From Bacilli bacterium (GTDB lineage: Bacteria; Bacillota_I; Bacilli_A; RFN20; CAG-826), in contig JBMNLN010000001.1 of assembly GCA_050952725.1 (NCBI GenBank), positions 752,108-816,107 on the forward strand: a stretch of DNA of 64,000 nucleotides, in the 5' to 3' direction. The translations under genes were made by a program, and so were the position numbers. Below the pieces are notes generated by a model. The model ran no database searches. It saw only the letters and a program-made list of their open reading frames with translations, and had not been told where the DNA came from. Of this stretch, positions 27,368-36,788 are shown piece after piece (within the stretch, counting starts at the first letter, position 1; the number at the start of each line of letters is the position of its first letter).

Positions 27368-28462
27368 TCAATCAGGGATGGCTTTCTCTGCCCATTCATA
27401 TCTTGCGCGATGATGGCTTTGATCCCTAGGTATTTTTTTATCTTTCATTAAACGGCTATAGACGATTGATGGTAAAACCTCGGCTTCTTGGGCCAACATC
27501 GCCATTGTCTGATCATTTATTTCATAGTTGCTGATATATTTTTGGTATATTTCGGGATTAATTAAAGTATCCTCAGCAAATTTATTCGCTCTTTTTTCAA
27601 ATTTCTTGCTGGTTTCTTCATCGAGATCATTCTGTAAGTAATCGCCAAAGATGATGTGACCAATTTCATGAAATAATGTAAACCAGAAAATATCGACAAA
27701 TTTATGTCTAAGCGTTAAGGCAATTAAGGGATTATCAGTCATGGTCTTCACGGTTAAACCATTAATTGGGGCTTTTTCAACATGTTTTTTTACGGTGAAA
27801 TAGACGCCGCAACTGTTCAATTCTTCTTGGATTAACCTGATGATTTTCTCCGGTTCTGCAAACATGATTCTTTTAATGTTCGGCAATCTCTTTTTAAGTC
27901 TTTCAAGGTCGAGAGCGGCTACATTTTGCGCATAGACTTCTTGCTCACATAAATATTGCCAAGTATACATGACAAGATGACTGGTTCCTTTGGCGAATTG
28001 GCGTCGATAAAGACCTTGATTGGCTAATTTTGTATGACTAATAGCAGTTAAGTTATTTACCCCCAGGATTTTTCGGAGTTCGTAAATAATTTCATCATAG
28101 AGTTTATCGCCAAATTTTTCTCCCGTAATATCCGCGACTGGTTTTTTAATTTCCCGTGCTATTTCGTGTTCTTCATCGCTGATTTGTTGACTTTGTTTCA
28201 GATAAAAAAGCTCTTTATCATAATTAGCTTGTAAGTTAATCCAAAAAGTATCACTACTATTTAAAGCGATTGCTAATTTTTGCGCAAATTCGTTGGTGAT
28301 ATTGCTCTTGCCGTTAATCACACTGGAAATATGTTTTTCGGTGACCGCAGCCCGAGTCGCTAATTCTTTTTGCGAATAGCCGCGTTCCGCGATGATTTCT
28401 GCTAAGATTTCTCCGGGATGAATTAACAAGTCAAGGGATGTATGTCGTCGTTTTTCCACCAT
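27368..28462 (-). CDS. higA: HigA-like antitoxin: an XRE-family HTH domain fused to an ImmA/IrrE-family (M78) zinc metallopeptidase domain.
   Basis: The N-terminal HTH is ...GYSQKELATRAAVTEKHISSVINGK.... The C-terminal HExxH motif is FTLFHEIGHIIFGD. It overlaps the upstream higB-like gene by 32 nt. Confidence 0.65.
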   Translation of the reverse strand: MVEKRRHTSLDLLIHPGEILAEIIAERGYSQKELATRAAVTEKHISSVINGKSNITNEFAQKLAIALNSSDTFWINLQANYDKELFYLKQSQQISDEEHEIAREIKKPVADITGEKFGDKLYDEIIYELRKILGVNNLTAISHTKLANQGLYRRQFAKGTSHLVMYTWQYLCEQEVYAQNVAALDLERLKKRLPNIKRIMFAEPEKIIRLIQEELNSCGVYFTVKKHVEKAPINGLTVKTMTDNPLIALTLRHKFVDIFWFTLFHEIGHIIFGDYLQNDLDEETSKKFEKRANKFAEDTLINPEIYQKYISNYEINDQTMAMLAQEAEVLPSIVYSRLMKDKKIPRDQSHHRARYEWAEKAIPD

Positions 28463-28784
28463 GGTAATCTTCCACTCCTTTGATAATTACTTTGTCACAT
28501 TGAGCGAAAGCGATAAGGCTTACGTCTCCATTTTCCGTCATTGGTTGTAGGATTAATCTTTTGTTCTTGTCGACACTAACCGCGAATAATCCTTTTTTAT
28601 CGCCTTTTAATGCATGAGGATTCCCCGGGGCTATTTTTAGGAATTCCGCAAAACTGATTGCTGCTTTGAGCACATCATATCTCATTTTTATTCTTCGCGT
28701 TATTTCAATGCCCTTTTTTCTCTTCATTAATTCAAAGTTTTCAAATAATAATGCTACTCTTCTATCATCATAGACGATTTCCAC
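28431..28784 (-). CDS. higB: HigB-like (RelE/ParE superfamily) toxin.
   Basis: ...IAPGNPHALKGDKKGLFAVSVDKNKRLILQP...VIIKGVEDYH matches the HigB killer-protein consensus (PGN..E.LKGDRKG...R.I.......I..V.DYH). The GTG start has a GAAGG RBS. Gene order is toxin first, then antitoxin. Confidence 0.65.
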   Translation of the reverse strand: MEIVYDDRRVALLFENFELMKRKKGIEITRRIKMRYDVLKAAISFAEFLKIAPGNPHALKGDKKGLFAVSVDKNKRLILQPMTENGDVSLIAFAQCDKVIIKGVEDYHGGKTTTYIP

Positions 28785-28797
28785 GTCGGCCTTCTTT

Positions 28798-28875
28798 CTT
28801 ACCGATTTGGTAACTGCCTATATTATAACGCAATTAGTGAATATTTAAAGAAAAAAGTTACCGATTTGGTAACTG
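28798..28875. promoter_or_regulatory. Two copies, 59 bp apart, of a palindromic operator-like element cTTACCgatttGGTAActg in the higBA promoter region, divergent from the Na/Pi transporter gene.
   Basis: Exact 18-19 bp direct repeats lie at 28798-28816 and 28857-28875. Each contains the inverted repeat GTTACC-N5-GGTAAC. They are located 14-90 bp upstream of the higB start. Confidence 0.5.
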
Positions 28876-29077
28876 ATCGTTTTTTCGCTGCATTTGATCA
28901 TATGCCCATCAATCGACAATCATTATTGAACAATAAAAAGAAGCAGTTCACTTTTAAATTACATAAGTGGTTTAACACTGATTTGACTACCAAAGATTTT
29001 ACAGAAATGTCATTTTTGATTACAATTACTTTACAATTGCAAATTTCGCTTAATTACGCTTATGGAAGGTATCCATC

Positions 29078-30733
29078 ATGAATCACGAATTAGTCAAAGC
29101 CATCATCTATTTGCTCGTCGGGGTCGCCATTCTCTTAATTGGGATGAGGATGATGTCCGCTGGATTTCGCAAATCAATTGGGAAAAGAATTCGCGGCTTT
29201 TTTAAACGCACTCAGGATAAAGCCTGGCTCAATCTGGGCATCGGAACTGCGGTCACCGCTGCAATTCAATCCAGTGATGCGACTAACGCGATGGTGGTGG
29301 GGTTTATTAACACCGGGGCAATGAGTGTCTATCAGGGGCTCTGCATCATGCTTGGCGCCTATATCGGCACGACGGTGACCGGAGTCATCGCTTCCTTTTC
29401 TTCCTTGAGCATCTCGATTTATTTCCTATTATTGGTTTTTATCGGGACGGTGATGATGGTCTTTTTCCAAAAGGATATGGTGAATAATATCGGCGAAATC
29501 CTCGCGGGATTAGGTCTGTTATTCCTCGGTCTTGCCTTGATGAAAGACTCGTTTAAAAATCCCGATATCACCAATTTCACGAAAGGTTTATTCAGTTCGA
29601 TTAACTTTGGTCCTTTGCTCTTTTTAATCGGGGTGCTGGTCACCGCGATTATGGATTCAAGTAGTGCGGTTACTTCGATTGTGATCGCCATGGTCGGAAG
29701 TGGGGCGATTGAATTATCTTCGGGTTTATTCATCGTTTTAGGCGCGACTTTAGGAACGGTGGTCACCACCTTAATCGTCGCGATTGGGGGGCATGTCAAC
29801 GGTAAGCGCGCCGCCTGGATTGCTTTTTCCTTACGGACGCTTTCCTCAGTGGTGATGGTTTTGCTTCTTACCATTTTTAGAACCCCGATCACCACTGGGC
29901 TTTCGACCTTTGCCGCTGCGACTAGTCCCGAACTGGCCGTCGCGATTTTTACCGTGGTCTATAACGTGATTTTTATGCCGGCCTTACTGCCATTGGTGAA
30001 GCCTTCGATTAAACTCTTTGAACGGATTATCAAAGAAAAACCAAGCAGCGCGATGGATGGAGTGCTCAAACACATCGAAGATAAGATGCTGGCCTTCCCC
30101 CATATTGCCACCGCGCAGGTGGAAAAAGAGATTATCAATATGTATCTTCTCGCCTTTGCCAATTATCGCCGCAGTGTGGCGATGATCTTAACCAAGAACT
30201 TTGAGGAAGCCCCAACCCTTTTAGAAGTGGAAGACCAAGTTGACTATCTCAATGAGAAGATTACCACCTTCTTAATAAAACTCTCGAGTAAAGAACAACC
30301 TGAATCCGAGCGCAAAGCTGGCTCTTTTTTCCATGTGGTTAATGATATTGAACGGATCGCCGACCACGCGGTCAATATCTACTTAATGGCGAAAGAACTC
30401 GAAGAAAAAGAATTGGCATTCTCCGAACTCGCTAAATCCGAAATCGAGAGTTTAAATGACATCATCTTGCAGATGTTTACCTTAACCAAGACGATTATTG
30501 AAAAGAGCGATTATGCTTCTTTAGTCACATTGCATGGCTTAGAAGAACAAGCGGATAGTTATAAATCCCGCTATTTTAACAATCATTATGAACGGATTAA
30601 AAACAAGAGTTGTGTCTTTGAATTATCGCCTTTCTATTCCAGTTTATTAACCGACTTAGAACGGATTTCGGACCATATCAATAACATCGGTTTCTCCATC
30701 GTTAACCCCATCGGGGTCGATGAATATGATTGA
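29078..30733 (+). CDS. Na+/phosphate cotransporter (NptA/YjbB family) with C-terminal PhoU-like domains.
   Basis: Duplicated QSSDATNAMVVGF / MDSSSAVTSIVIAMVGSG Na/Pi-cotransporter repeats are present. The C-terminal soluble region carries two PhoU-like repeats (IERIADHAVN... / LERISDHINN...). Confidence 0.75.
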   Translation: MNHELVKAIIYLLVGVAILLIGMRMMSAGFRKSIGKRIRGFFKRTQDKAWLNLGIGTAVTAAIQSSDATNAMVVGFINTGAMSVYQGLCIMLGAYIGTTVTGVIASFSSLSISIYFLLLVFIGTVMMVFFQKDMVNNIGEILAGLGLLFLGLALMKDSFKNPDITNFTKGLFSSINFGPLLFLIGVLVTAIMDSSSAVTSIVIAMVGSGAIELSSGLFIVLGATLGTVVTTLIVAIGGHVNGKRAAWIAFSLRTLSSVVMVLLLTIFRTPITTGLSTFAAATSPELAVAIFTVVYNVIFMPALLPLVKPSIKLFERIIKEKPSSAMDGVLKHIEDKMLAFPHIATAQVEKEIINMYLLAFANYRRSVAMILTKNFEEAPTLLEVEDQVDYLNEKITTFLIKLSSKEQPESERKAGSFFHVVNDIERIADHAVNIYLMAKELEEKELAFSELAKSEIESLNDIILQMFTLTKTIIEKSDYASLVTLHGLEEQADSYKSRYFNNHYERIKNKSCVFELSPFYSSLLTDLERISDHINNIGFSIVNPIGVDEYD

Positions 30734-30761
30734 GATTACCGATAACTTTTTTAAAAAAGTA

Positions 30762-30800
30762 ACAAAAAAGCCAGGATTGCACTTCCTGGCGTTTAATTTT
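30762..30800. terminator. Bidirectional rho-independent terminator between convergent genes.
   Basis: GCCAGGAttgcactTCCTGGC has an A-run upstream and T-rich sequence downstream. Confidence 0.5.
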
Positions 30801-30811
30801 GCGGATGCTGA

Positions 30812-32437
30812 TTACGCTCTTTTTTTCTTATAGAAACCAAGATAACCAATCGTGGTTAAACTAAAGAGGACTGCGAGAATTAAGATGCCTGCGGTGTTGT
30901 CGTTGGCCTCATAGGGATAGGGCTGAAAACCCGCAGGTTGAGATGCTTCATACATCTTTTTGAGCATATCGTATTTGGCTTGGGCGTTAATCGTCACCGT
31001 TTTATTACCGGTTTCATAATCGCTGATAGTATCAAAGTCTAAGATAGTGCGATCGCTTAAATATCCCATCGTTTTCCAACTGCCATCGGGATTGCGCAAG
31101 ATAAAGTTGCTATCAATCGCCGGGAAGGCTCCATAGCCATTGTCGGTGTTGCCATCACAGCTTAAATATCCTTCTAAGGCAGCGGCTAATAAACCGCGAT
31201 AGAAGCGGGTGTAGGAGCTATCCAGCGCCCCTTTGGTCAGAGTAAAAGAACCAGCCGCCTCATTGACGCGCCAAATTTTGCTATTATCGCCAGCCGCCGT
31301 GGGAGTGCCCGCGACATAGGTGGTGCCGGCGACGGTTTGGACTTGATAACCACGGCTATCGACAATGGTAAAGGCCACGGATTGACCCGCGAGTACACTA
31401 AGAGGCAAATCGTAATAGACAAAATAGAAATCATTATAGGTGTCAGTTGCTGAAAGTTGTTCCGCCGACCAACTATAGTAGGTGCCATTAACCGTTAATA
31501 AATATTCATAACCACTGACATAATGCTGGTTGCGATCGAGCCAAACGCGCACTTTATAACGGCTAATCCCCAAAGTGGTCGGAGTTTTGAGGATGAGACT
31601 CTCATAAGGTTTCCATCCTGGTGTCCCCGTGAGCTCATATAAGGTTTTACCTACCTCGTAAGTTAAATCTGCGGTTTGATTGATTTTATAACTCCAATTG
31701 TTTTCCGCATTCGATAAACTGACGAAGATCACCCCTTTCCATTTGGTGACCCCAGCATCGCTGGTCGCAGGCACCGTCACCGCATAAACCCCTTGTTTGC
31801 TATCTTCACTCATCGTCACCCATTGCTGATCAACGGGAGTGCCATCGCGGAAGAAGTAAGCAGCCATATGATTAAAATTCGCGCCTTTAAAGGTCGCATC
31901 CGGATAGACATAAAGTTTGGTGCCCACGGGAATCCGCGGGTCGACAAAGACCGTTTTGGTATAGGTGGGGTTATTCCCCGCACTGGTAATCTGATAAAAA
32001 TCATTCGTGCCATCATAGGTGAAGGTGGCGGTATAATTCCACACATTATTTAGATTATTAGGATCTAAGCGGAAGAATTGAAACATGCTATAGGAAGCAC
32101 CTGCAGGAGTCGCCGCCATATAGGTATGATCCACATCGGCCACGGGTGTCATATGCACGCGTGTTTCCCCAGTGCCGCGGACAAAATCAACGGCAAAAAC
32201 CGCGCCATCTTTGGCCCAATCCGTTCCCGCATGTAAGTAAATGATTTTCCCCGTGGGAAGTACAGCAGCCTCAGCTTGCTGGGGTGTGTTGTTTGTTGGC
32301 AAAGTCAAGCCTGCACTCCAAAGACAGGCCAAGCCGGTGATCATGATGAGAAGTTTGGTTTTAATCTTGTTGGTTTTCATCGATCGCCCTCCTTTATAAT
32401 TCTCGAGAAATATAATCATTATTTTACAGTTTGTCAA
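30812..32437 (-). CDS. Surface protein with tandem CBM25/26-like modules and a C-terminal transmembrane anchor. It is a paralogue of the 8961-10556 product.
   Basis: It has a signal peptide. Shared motifs with the paralogue include ...KINQTADLTYE..., RVWLDRNQHY, LEGYLSCDGNTDNGYGAF, ETGNKTVTINAQAKYDMLK, and a C-terminal helix followed by KKKRA. Confidence 0.55.
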   Translation of the reverse strand: MTNCKIMIIFLENYKGGRSMKTNKIKTKLLIMITGLACLWSAGLTLPTNNTPQQAEAAVLPTGKIIYLHAGTDWAKDGAVFAVDFVRGTGETRVHMTPVADVDHTYMAATPAGASYSMFQFFRLDPNNLNNVWNYTATFTYDGTNDFYQITSAGNNPTYTKTVFVDPRIPVGTKLYVYPDATFKGANFNHMAAYFFRDGTPVDQQWVTMSEDSKQGVYAVTVPATSDAGVTKWKGVIFVSLSNAENNWSYKINQTADLTYEVGKTLYELTGTPGWKPYESLILKTPTTLGISRYKVRVWLDRNQHYVSGYEYLLTVNGTYYSWSAEQLSATDTYNDFYFVYYDLPLSVLAGQSVAFTIVDSRGYQVQTVAGTTYVAGTPTAAGDNSKIWRVNEAAGSFTLTKGALDSSYTRFYRGLLAAALEGYLSCDGNTDNGYGAFPAIDSNFILRNPDGSWKTMGYLSDRTILDFDTISDYETGNKTVTINAQAKYDMLKKMYEASQPAGFQPYPYEANDNTAGILILAVLFSLTTIGYLGFYKKKRA

Positions 32438-32534
32438 CTAATATGCCTGGTCAATCTTATGTGCGCAAATCACAACGGAGATTTTCCACCTTTGCTCTTT
32501 TGACAGTAAAGAACAGGAATGATAATCTTATTCT

Positions 32535-33488
32535 ATGGCCACACTTAAAGATATCGCCAAGGCGACGGGTTTTTCCATCATTACGGTTTCACGAGTGGTC
32601 AATGAACCCCATAAGGTGAAACCTGCCACCCGAGCGATTATTGAAGCAGAAATTAAACGGGTCAATTATAAACCCAATGTTTTAGCCCGCGCCTTAGTGC
32701 AACGCAAAACTAATATCATCTATGTCTATATTCCCGCGGCATACGCTCCTAACAACCTCTTTTTTATGAATGTAATCGCGGGGATTGGTGAATTTCTTGG
32801 GGAACAAGGCTATTCCTTGCTGCTTAAAAGGACGTGGTACAACAAGGAAGATTGCGATGGATGTATCTTCATGGGGTTAAACGTTGAAGAAGAAAAAAAA
32901 GTCGCCGAATTAGCCCAAGAGCTGCCTGTGTGTGTCTTTGGTTATGCGCCAGATGTCACTTCGATTGATATCGATAACTTTGATGGGATTTATCAGATGA
33001 CGCGTTATGTTTTAGAAAAGGGTTATGACCAATTGGTCTATGTGAGCATCGCGCAAGAGGATCGCTTTGTCAAGGATCGCGAACACGGATTCCAACGGGC
33101 GATTCGCGATGTCCAACCCGCAGTACGACACCTCATGTTAAAAGTGCACAATAACGAAAACGCTGCCTTTCAAGGGGTCATGCAATTGTTAAATGATGGG
33201 AAAAATCCCCGAGTTTTAATCTGTGCGAGTGACGATATCGCCATCGGGGCGATGCGGGCGCTTAAAAATCATGGCTTACGCGTCCCCGAGGATGTAAAAA
33301 TCACCGGCTTTGATGGATTAGGCATGGATGAGGTCGCTTATCCGCAATTGACCACGGTCCGCCAACCAATTTATACCGCGGGAAGAGAACTGGCGATTCA
33401 TATTATCGATTTGATCAACCGCAAAAATAAAGGGCCCTATCAGCATATCCAAATTAAGCCGAAGGTAATCAAACGTGATACTTTATAG
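32535..33488 (+). CDS. LacI-family transcriptional regulator.
   Basis: The N-terminal HTH is ATLKDIAKATGFSIITVSRVVN, followed by a periplasmic-binding-protein-like sugar-binding fold. Confidence 0.8.
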   Translation: MATLKDIAKATGFSIITVSRVVNEPHKVKPATRAIIEAEIKRVNYKPNVLARALVQRKTNIIYVYIPAAYAPNNLFFMNVIAGIGEFLGEQGYSLLLKRTWYNKEDCDGCIFMGLNVEEEKKVAELAQELPVCVFGYAPDVTSIDIDNFDGIYQMTRYVLEKGYDQLVYVSIAQEDRFVKDREHGFQRAIRDVQPAVRHLMLKVHNNENAAFQGVMQLLNDGKNPRVLICASDDIAIGAMRALKNHGLRVPEDVKITGFDGLGMDEVAYPQLTTVRQPIYTAGRELAIHIIDLINRKNKGPYQHIQIKPKVIKRDTL

Positions 33489-33565
33489 GATGTTGACTAT
33501 ATCACTTGCTATTTTTAATTAATTGAATTAGAATGTTAACGATAACATTTATCTAACCAAGAGGG

Positions 33566-34846
33566 ATGACTATGAAAAGAAAACTTTTTAAGTGTCTTGC
33601 TTTTAGTGCTCTTTTTGCTTTTGCCTTAACTAATGTTAGCGCCTGTAAAGAAGATGGGGGCGAAGAAGGAGGCACGATTCGCTTTTGGGCTTATCAACCT
33701 TCGAAACCCGAAGATCAAACCGCCTATAAGAACTTGATGAAAGAGTTCACCGAGGAAACGGGGATTAATGTGCAGCTTTTAATGATCGTCAAAGATAGTT
33801 ATAATCAGGCGATCAACAGCGCGCTTTCCAGTCGCAGTCGACCCGATATGGCTTATTTAGATCAACCGAAAATTAGCGATTTTGCCGCGGATGGGACCCT
33901 GGCTGTGCTCGATCAGTATCTCGCTACCAGCGAACATATCGACAATCAGCAATTCTTTCAATCGGGCTTAGCCACGAATATTTATCAAGGGAAGCAATAT
34001 GGGGTGCCGCTTAATATGACAACCTCTGTCCTTTTCTATAATAAGGATATCGTTGGGGAAGCGGCGCCGCTTAGTTGGGAGGCGTGGTTAAATACTCCCA
34101 TTGCCAATAGTCAACATTCGCTCTTTGATGGCATTGGAAGTGGCGGTTATGCGGGTTGGTATTTTCAAGCCTTCCTCGCTAATAACGGCGGACAATTGCT
34201 CAACGAGCAAGAAACCGCTGTTGCTTTTAATAATGCCCAAGGGGTGGCAGCAGCCAAGATGATTCAAGATTTATATACCTTCGATCGTCCCCAAGCCTCG
34301 TTAAATCGCAGTTCGAATAATGCCTTTGGTCGCGGGTTGATCGCTTATAAACTTGGTTCTTCGAGTGATATCGATGCTTTGGATACCAATTTCCCCACCC
34401 TTAATTATGGAGTGGCAAAAATTCCTCCCTGTGTCGCAGGGGCAACTTCTTATTCGAATATGGGCGGAGAAAACCTCGTTGTGTTTAATCATTCGCCCAA
34501 TAAAAAGGGATGTATCAAATTGATTGAATTTTTACTCCGAAGAGAGAACATCAACAAAATTGCTAGTTTTACCGGGAACTTCCCCGCGATTGAAGCCTAC
34601 GCCGATGTGACGACTATTCCTGTGGTCCGTGAAAGTTCGCGGGCGAAAAAAGCGGTGATCCTTGAACAGTTAGCAACTAGTGTCCCGCGTCCTGTAATTC
34701 CCAGATGGCTTGAAGTTAACGACTCCTATCTCGGCGTGGCCATTAGCGATAAGGTCTTAAGTGAAGATCCCCTTAAGCGCAGCAACATCCAAGCCGCGTT
34801 AGACGAGGCGGCGACTGCGGCGAATATTCGCCTCTTTGGGAGTTAA
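33566..34846 (+). CDS. Carbohydrate ABC transporter substrate-binding lipoprotein.
   Basis: It has a signal peptide and the lipobox VSAC, and a family-1 sugar SBP profile. Confidence 0.7.
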   Translation: MTMKRKLFKCLAFSALFAFALTNVSACKEDGGEEGGTIRFWAYQPSKPEDQTAYKNLMKEFTEETGINVQLLMIVKDSYNQAINSALSSRSRPDMAYLDQPKISDFAADGTLAVLDQYLATSEHIDNQQFFQSGLATNIYQGKQYGVPLNMTTSVLFYNKDIVGEAAPLSWEAWLNTPIANSQHSLFDGIGSGGYAGWYFQAFLANNGGQLLNEQETAVAFNNAQGVAAAKMIQDLYTFDRPQASLNRSSNNAFGRGLIAYKLGSSSDIDALDTNFPTLNYGVAKIPPCVAGATSYSNMGGENLVVFNHSPNKKGCIKLIEFLLRRENINKIASFTGNFPAIEAYADVTTIPVVRESSRAKKAVILEQLATSVPRPVIPRWLEVNDSYLGVAISDKVLSEDPLKRSNIQAALDEAATAANIRLFGS

Positions 34847-34848
34847 CG

Positions 34849-36774
34849 ATGGCCACGACCTTAAAGCAGAATAAGAAGAGAAGAAGCTTAGCTGGCTATG
34901 TCTTTATTCTTCCTTTGGTCGTGTATTTTCTCATCTTTCAACTGGCGCCAATCGTCATCTCCTTTTTCATTTCCTTTACCGATTGGAATGGGCGCTCACC
35001 GAAATTCAACTTTGTCGGGTTTAAAAATTATCTTGCGATTTTAACCAATCGCGTGTTATATCCGGAATTTTGGACCTCGCTCGGGATTACTTTTCAATAT
35101 ACGTTGCTCACCGTTCCGCTCGGGGTAGTTTTCGCGACGATAATCGCGGCGATTTTAAATAATAAAATCAAGGGGGAACGCTTCTTTAAAACCGCCTTTT
35201 ATATTCCCGCGGTTACCGCTGGGGCTGCGGTTTCAGCGATTTGGTTATTTATGCTCGATCCCGCTTATGGGGTAATCGGGTGGATTAATCAGACCTTCGG
35301 GACCCAGATTAATTTACTCGGGCGGACATCATCCGCGCTGCCGACTTTGGCTTTGATGTCCGTCTGGGGTGGGCTGGGCTATAATGTGTTAATTATTTTA
35401 AGTGCGATGAAGAACATCAATCCCCAGCTGTATGAAGCTTGTGAAGTCGATGGCGGGGGCTTTTTTAAGAAGTTCTTCCATGTAACGGTTCCAGGGATTA
35501 TGCCGACCTTATATTTTATTATCATCACCAGCGTGATTGGCTCGCTCCAAGCTTTTGATCAGATGTATTTAATGACCGGTGGCGGGCCCGAAGGAGCGAC
35601 GCGCACCTTTATGCTCACCGTCTATAAGACGATGTTCACCTATGAAGAAGCCGGAGTAGCAACGGCGATGAGTTATTTCCTCTTTCTGATCATCATCGTA
35701 ATCACCTTTATTCAATTCCGCCTCGTTCCCCAAGGGCATCAAGTTGAAGAAGAAGGTCAAAAACGAAAATTGCTGTGGCGAAAAAAACAACCAGTTATTT
35801 ATCAAGAAGAGATGTCATTTAACGAAAAACCTCTACAAATTAAGCCTGAAATTGTGGAAATCAGCCCTGAGGAAATCGCCGCCTTAACCCGTAAAAGACA
35901 TCGAGCGCAGCAGCGCCAAGTCCACCTTGGTCGCATCGGTCGCGTGCTTCAATATGCGATTTTATGTTTTTTGGCTTTGGCGTTTATCTTCCCTTATCTC
36001 TGGCTGATTTCCAATTCTTTCCGGATTCCGGAAGCGATTTTTAATTCGGGGAGATTCTCGCTTTTGCCCCGCGATATGAATGGGGATATCCGCTTTGTTT
36101 TTGATAATTATGTCAATGCTTTCCACTATCTTGATCTAAAACGCGTCTTTTTCAATACGATGGTTGTCTGTCTAGTCAATACGGGGCTCAATCTCTTTTT
36201 AAATGCCCTTTCTGGTTATGCCTTTGCCCGATTAAAATTTAAAGGTCGCGAACTGACTTTTAAAATTATGATTCTAGCGATTATGATTCCGGGGACGGTG
36301 ATGACGATCCCTAATTTAATTATCTGTCGATTGCTGGGGATTGATGATACCTTGCTAGTTTTAATCTTACCCTTTACCATGAGTATCTATAATGTCTTTC
36401 TCATGCGCCAGCAATTTTACAATCTTCCTAAAGACTTAGAAGAAGCCGCGATTATCGATGGTGCCGGCCCCTTGACGATTTTCTTTAAAGTGAGTTTACC
36501 ATTAGTCACCCCGATGTTGGTTGTCCTAGGGATTACCACCTTTATGTGGAATTACAACAACTTCCTTTGGACTTTAGTCTCGTTGCAGTCACCAGAAAAC
36601 TTTACCTTAGCGCGCTCACTGGGTGATTTAGTTAGTGCTGGTGGCTCCAATCCATCGTTTTATCCGATTATGCTGGCGGGTTCGGTGATCGTCTCGCTTC
36701 CCTTAGTCATCATTTTCTTCGTTTTACAAAAATATATCATCGGCGGCCTCAGTGCTGGGGCGGTCAAAGAATAA
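34849..36774 (+). CDS. Fused carbohydrate ABC permease: a MalF/UgpA-like domain and a MalG/UgpE-like domain in one 641 aa polypeptide joined by a charged linker.
   Basis: The first half has six transmembrane helices and an EAA-like loop (EACEVDGGGFFKKFFHVTVP). The linker (residues 297-360) is Lys/Arg/Glu-rich. The second half has six transmembrane helices and EEAAIIDGAGPLTIFFKVSLP. Confidence 0.7.
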   Translation: MATTLKQNKKRRSLAGYVFILPLVVYFLIFQLAPIVISFFISFTDWNGRSPKFNFVGFKNYLAILTNRVLYPEFWTSLGITFQYTLLTVPLGVVFATIIAAILNNKIKGERFFKTAFYIPAVTAGAAVSAIWLFMLDPAYGVIGWINQTFGTQINLLGRTSSALPTLALMSVWGGLGYNVLIILSAMKNINPQLYEACEVDGGGFFKKFFHVTVPGIMPTLYFIIITSVIGSLQAFDQMYLMTGGGPEGATRTFMLTVYKTMFTYEEAGVATAMSYFLFLIIIVITFIQFRLVPQGHQVEEEGQKRKLLWRKKQPVIYQEEMSFNEKPLQIKPEIVEISPEEIAALTRKRHRAQQRQVHLGRIGRVLQYAILCFLALAFIFPYLWLISNSFRIPEAIFNSGRFSLLPRDMNGDIRFVFDNYVNAFHYLDLKRVFFNTMVVCLVNTGLNLFLNALSGYAFARLKFKGRELTFKIMILAIMIPGTVMTIPNLIICRLLGIDDTLLVLILPFTMSIYNVFLMRQQFYNLPKDLEEAAIIDGAGPLTIFFKVSLPLVTPMLVVLGITTFMWNYNNFLWTLVSLQSPENFTLARSLGDLVSAGGSNPSFYPIMLAGSVIVSLPLVIIFFVLQKYIIGGLSAGAVKE

Positions 36775-36788
36775 AGGAGACCAAAAGG

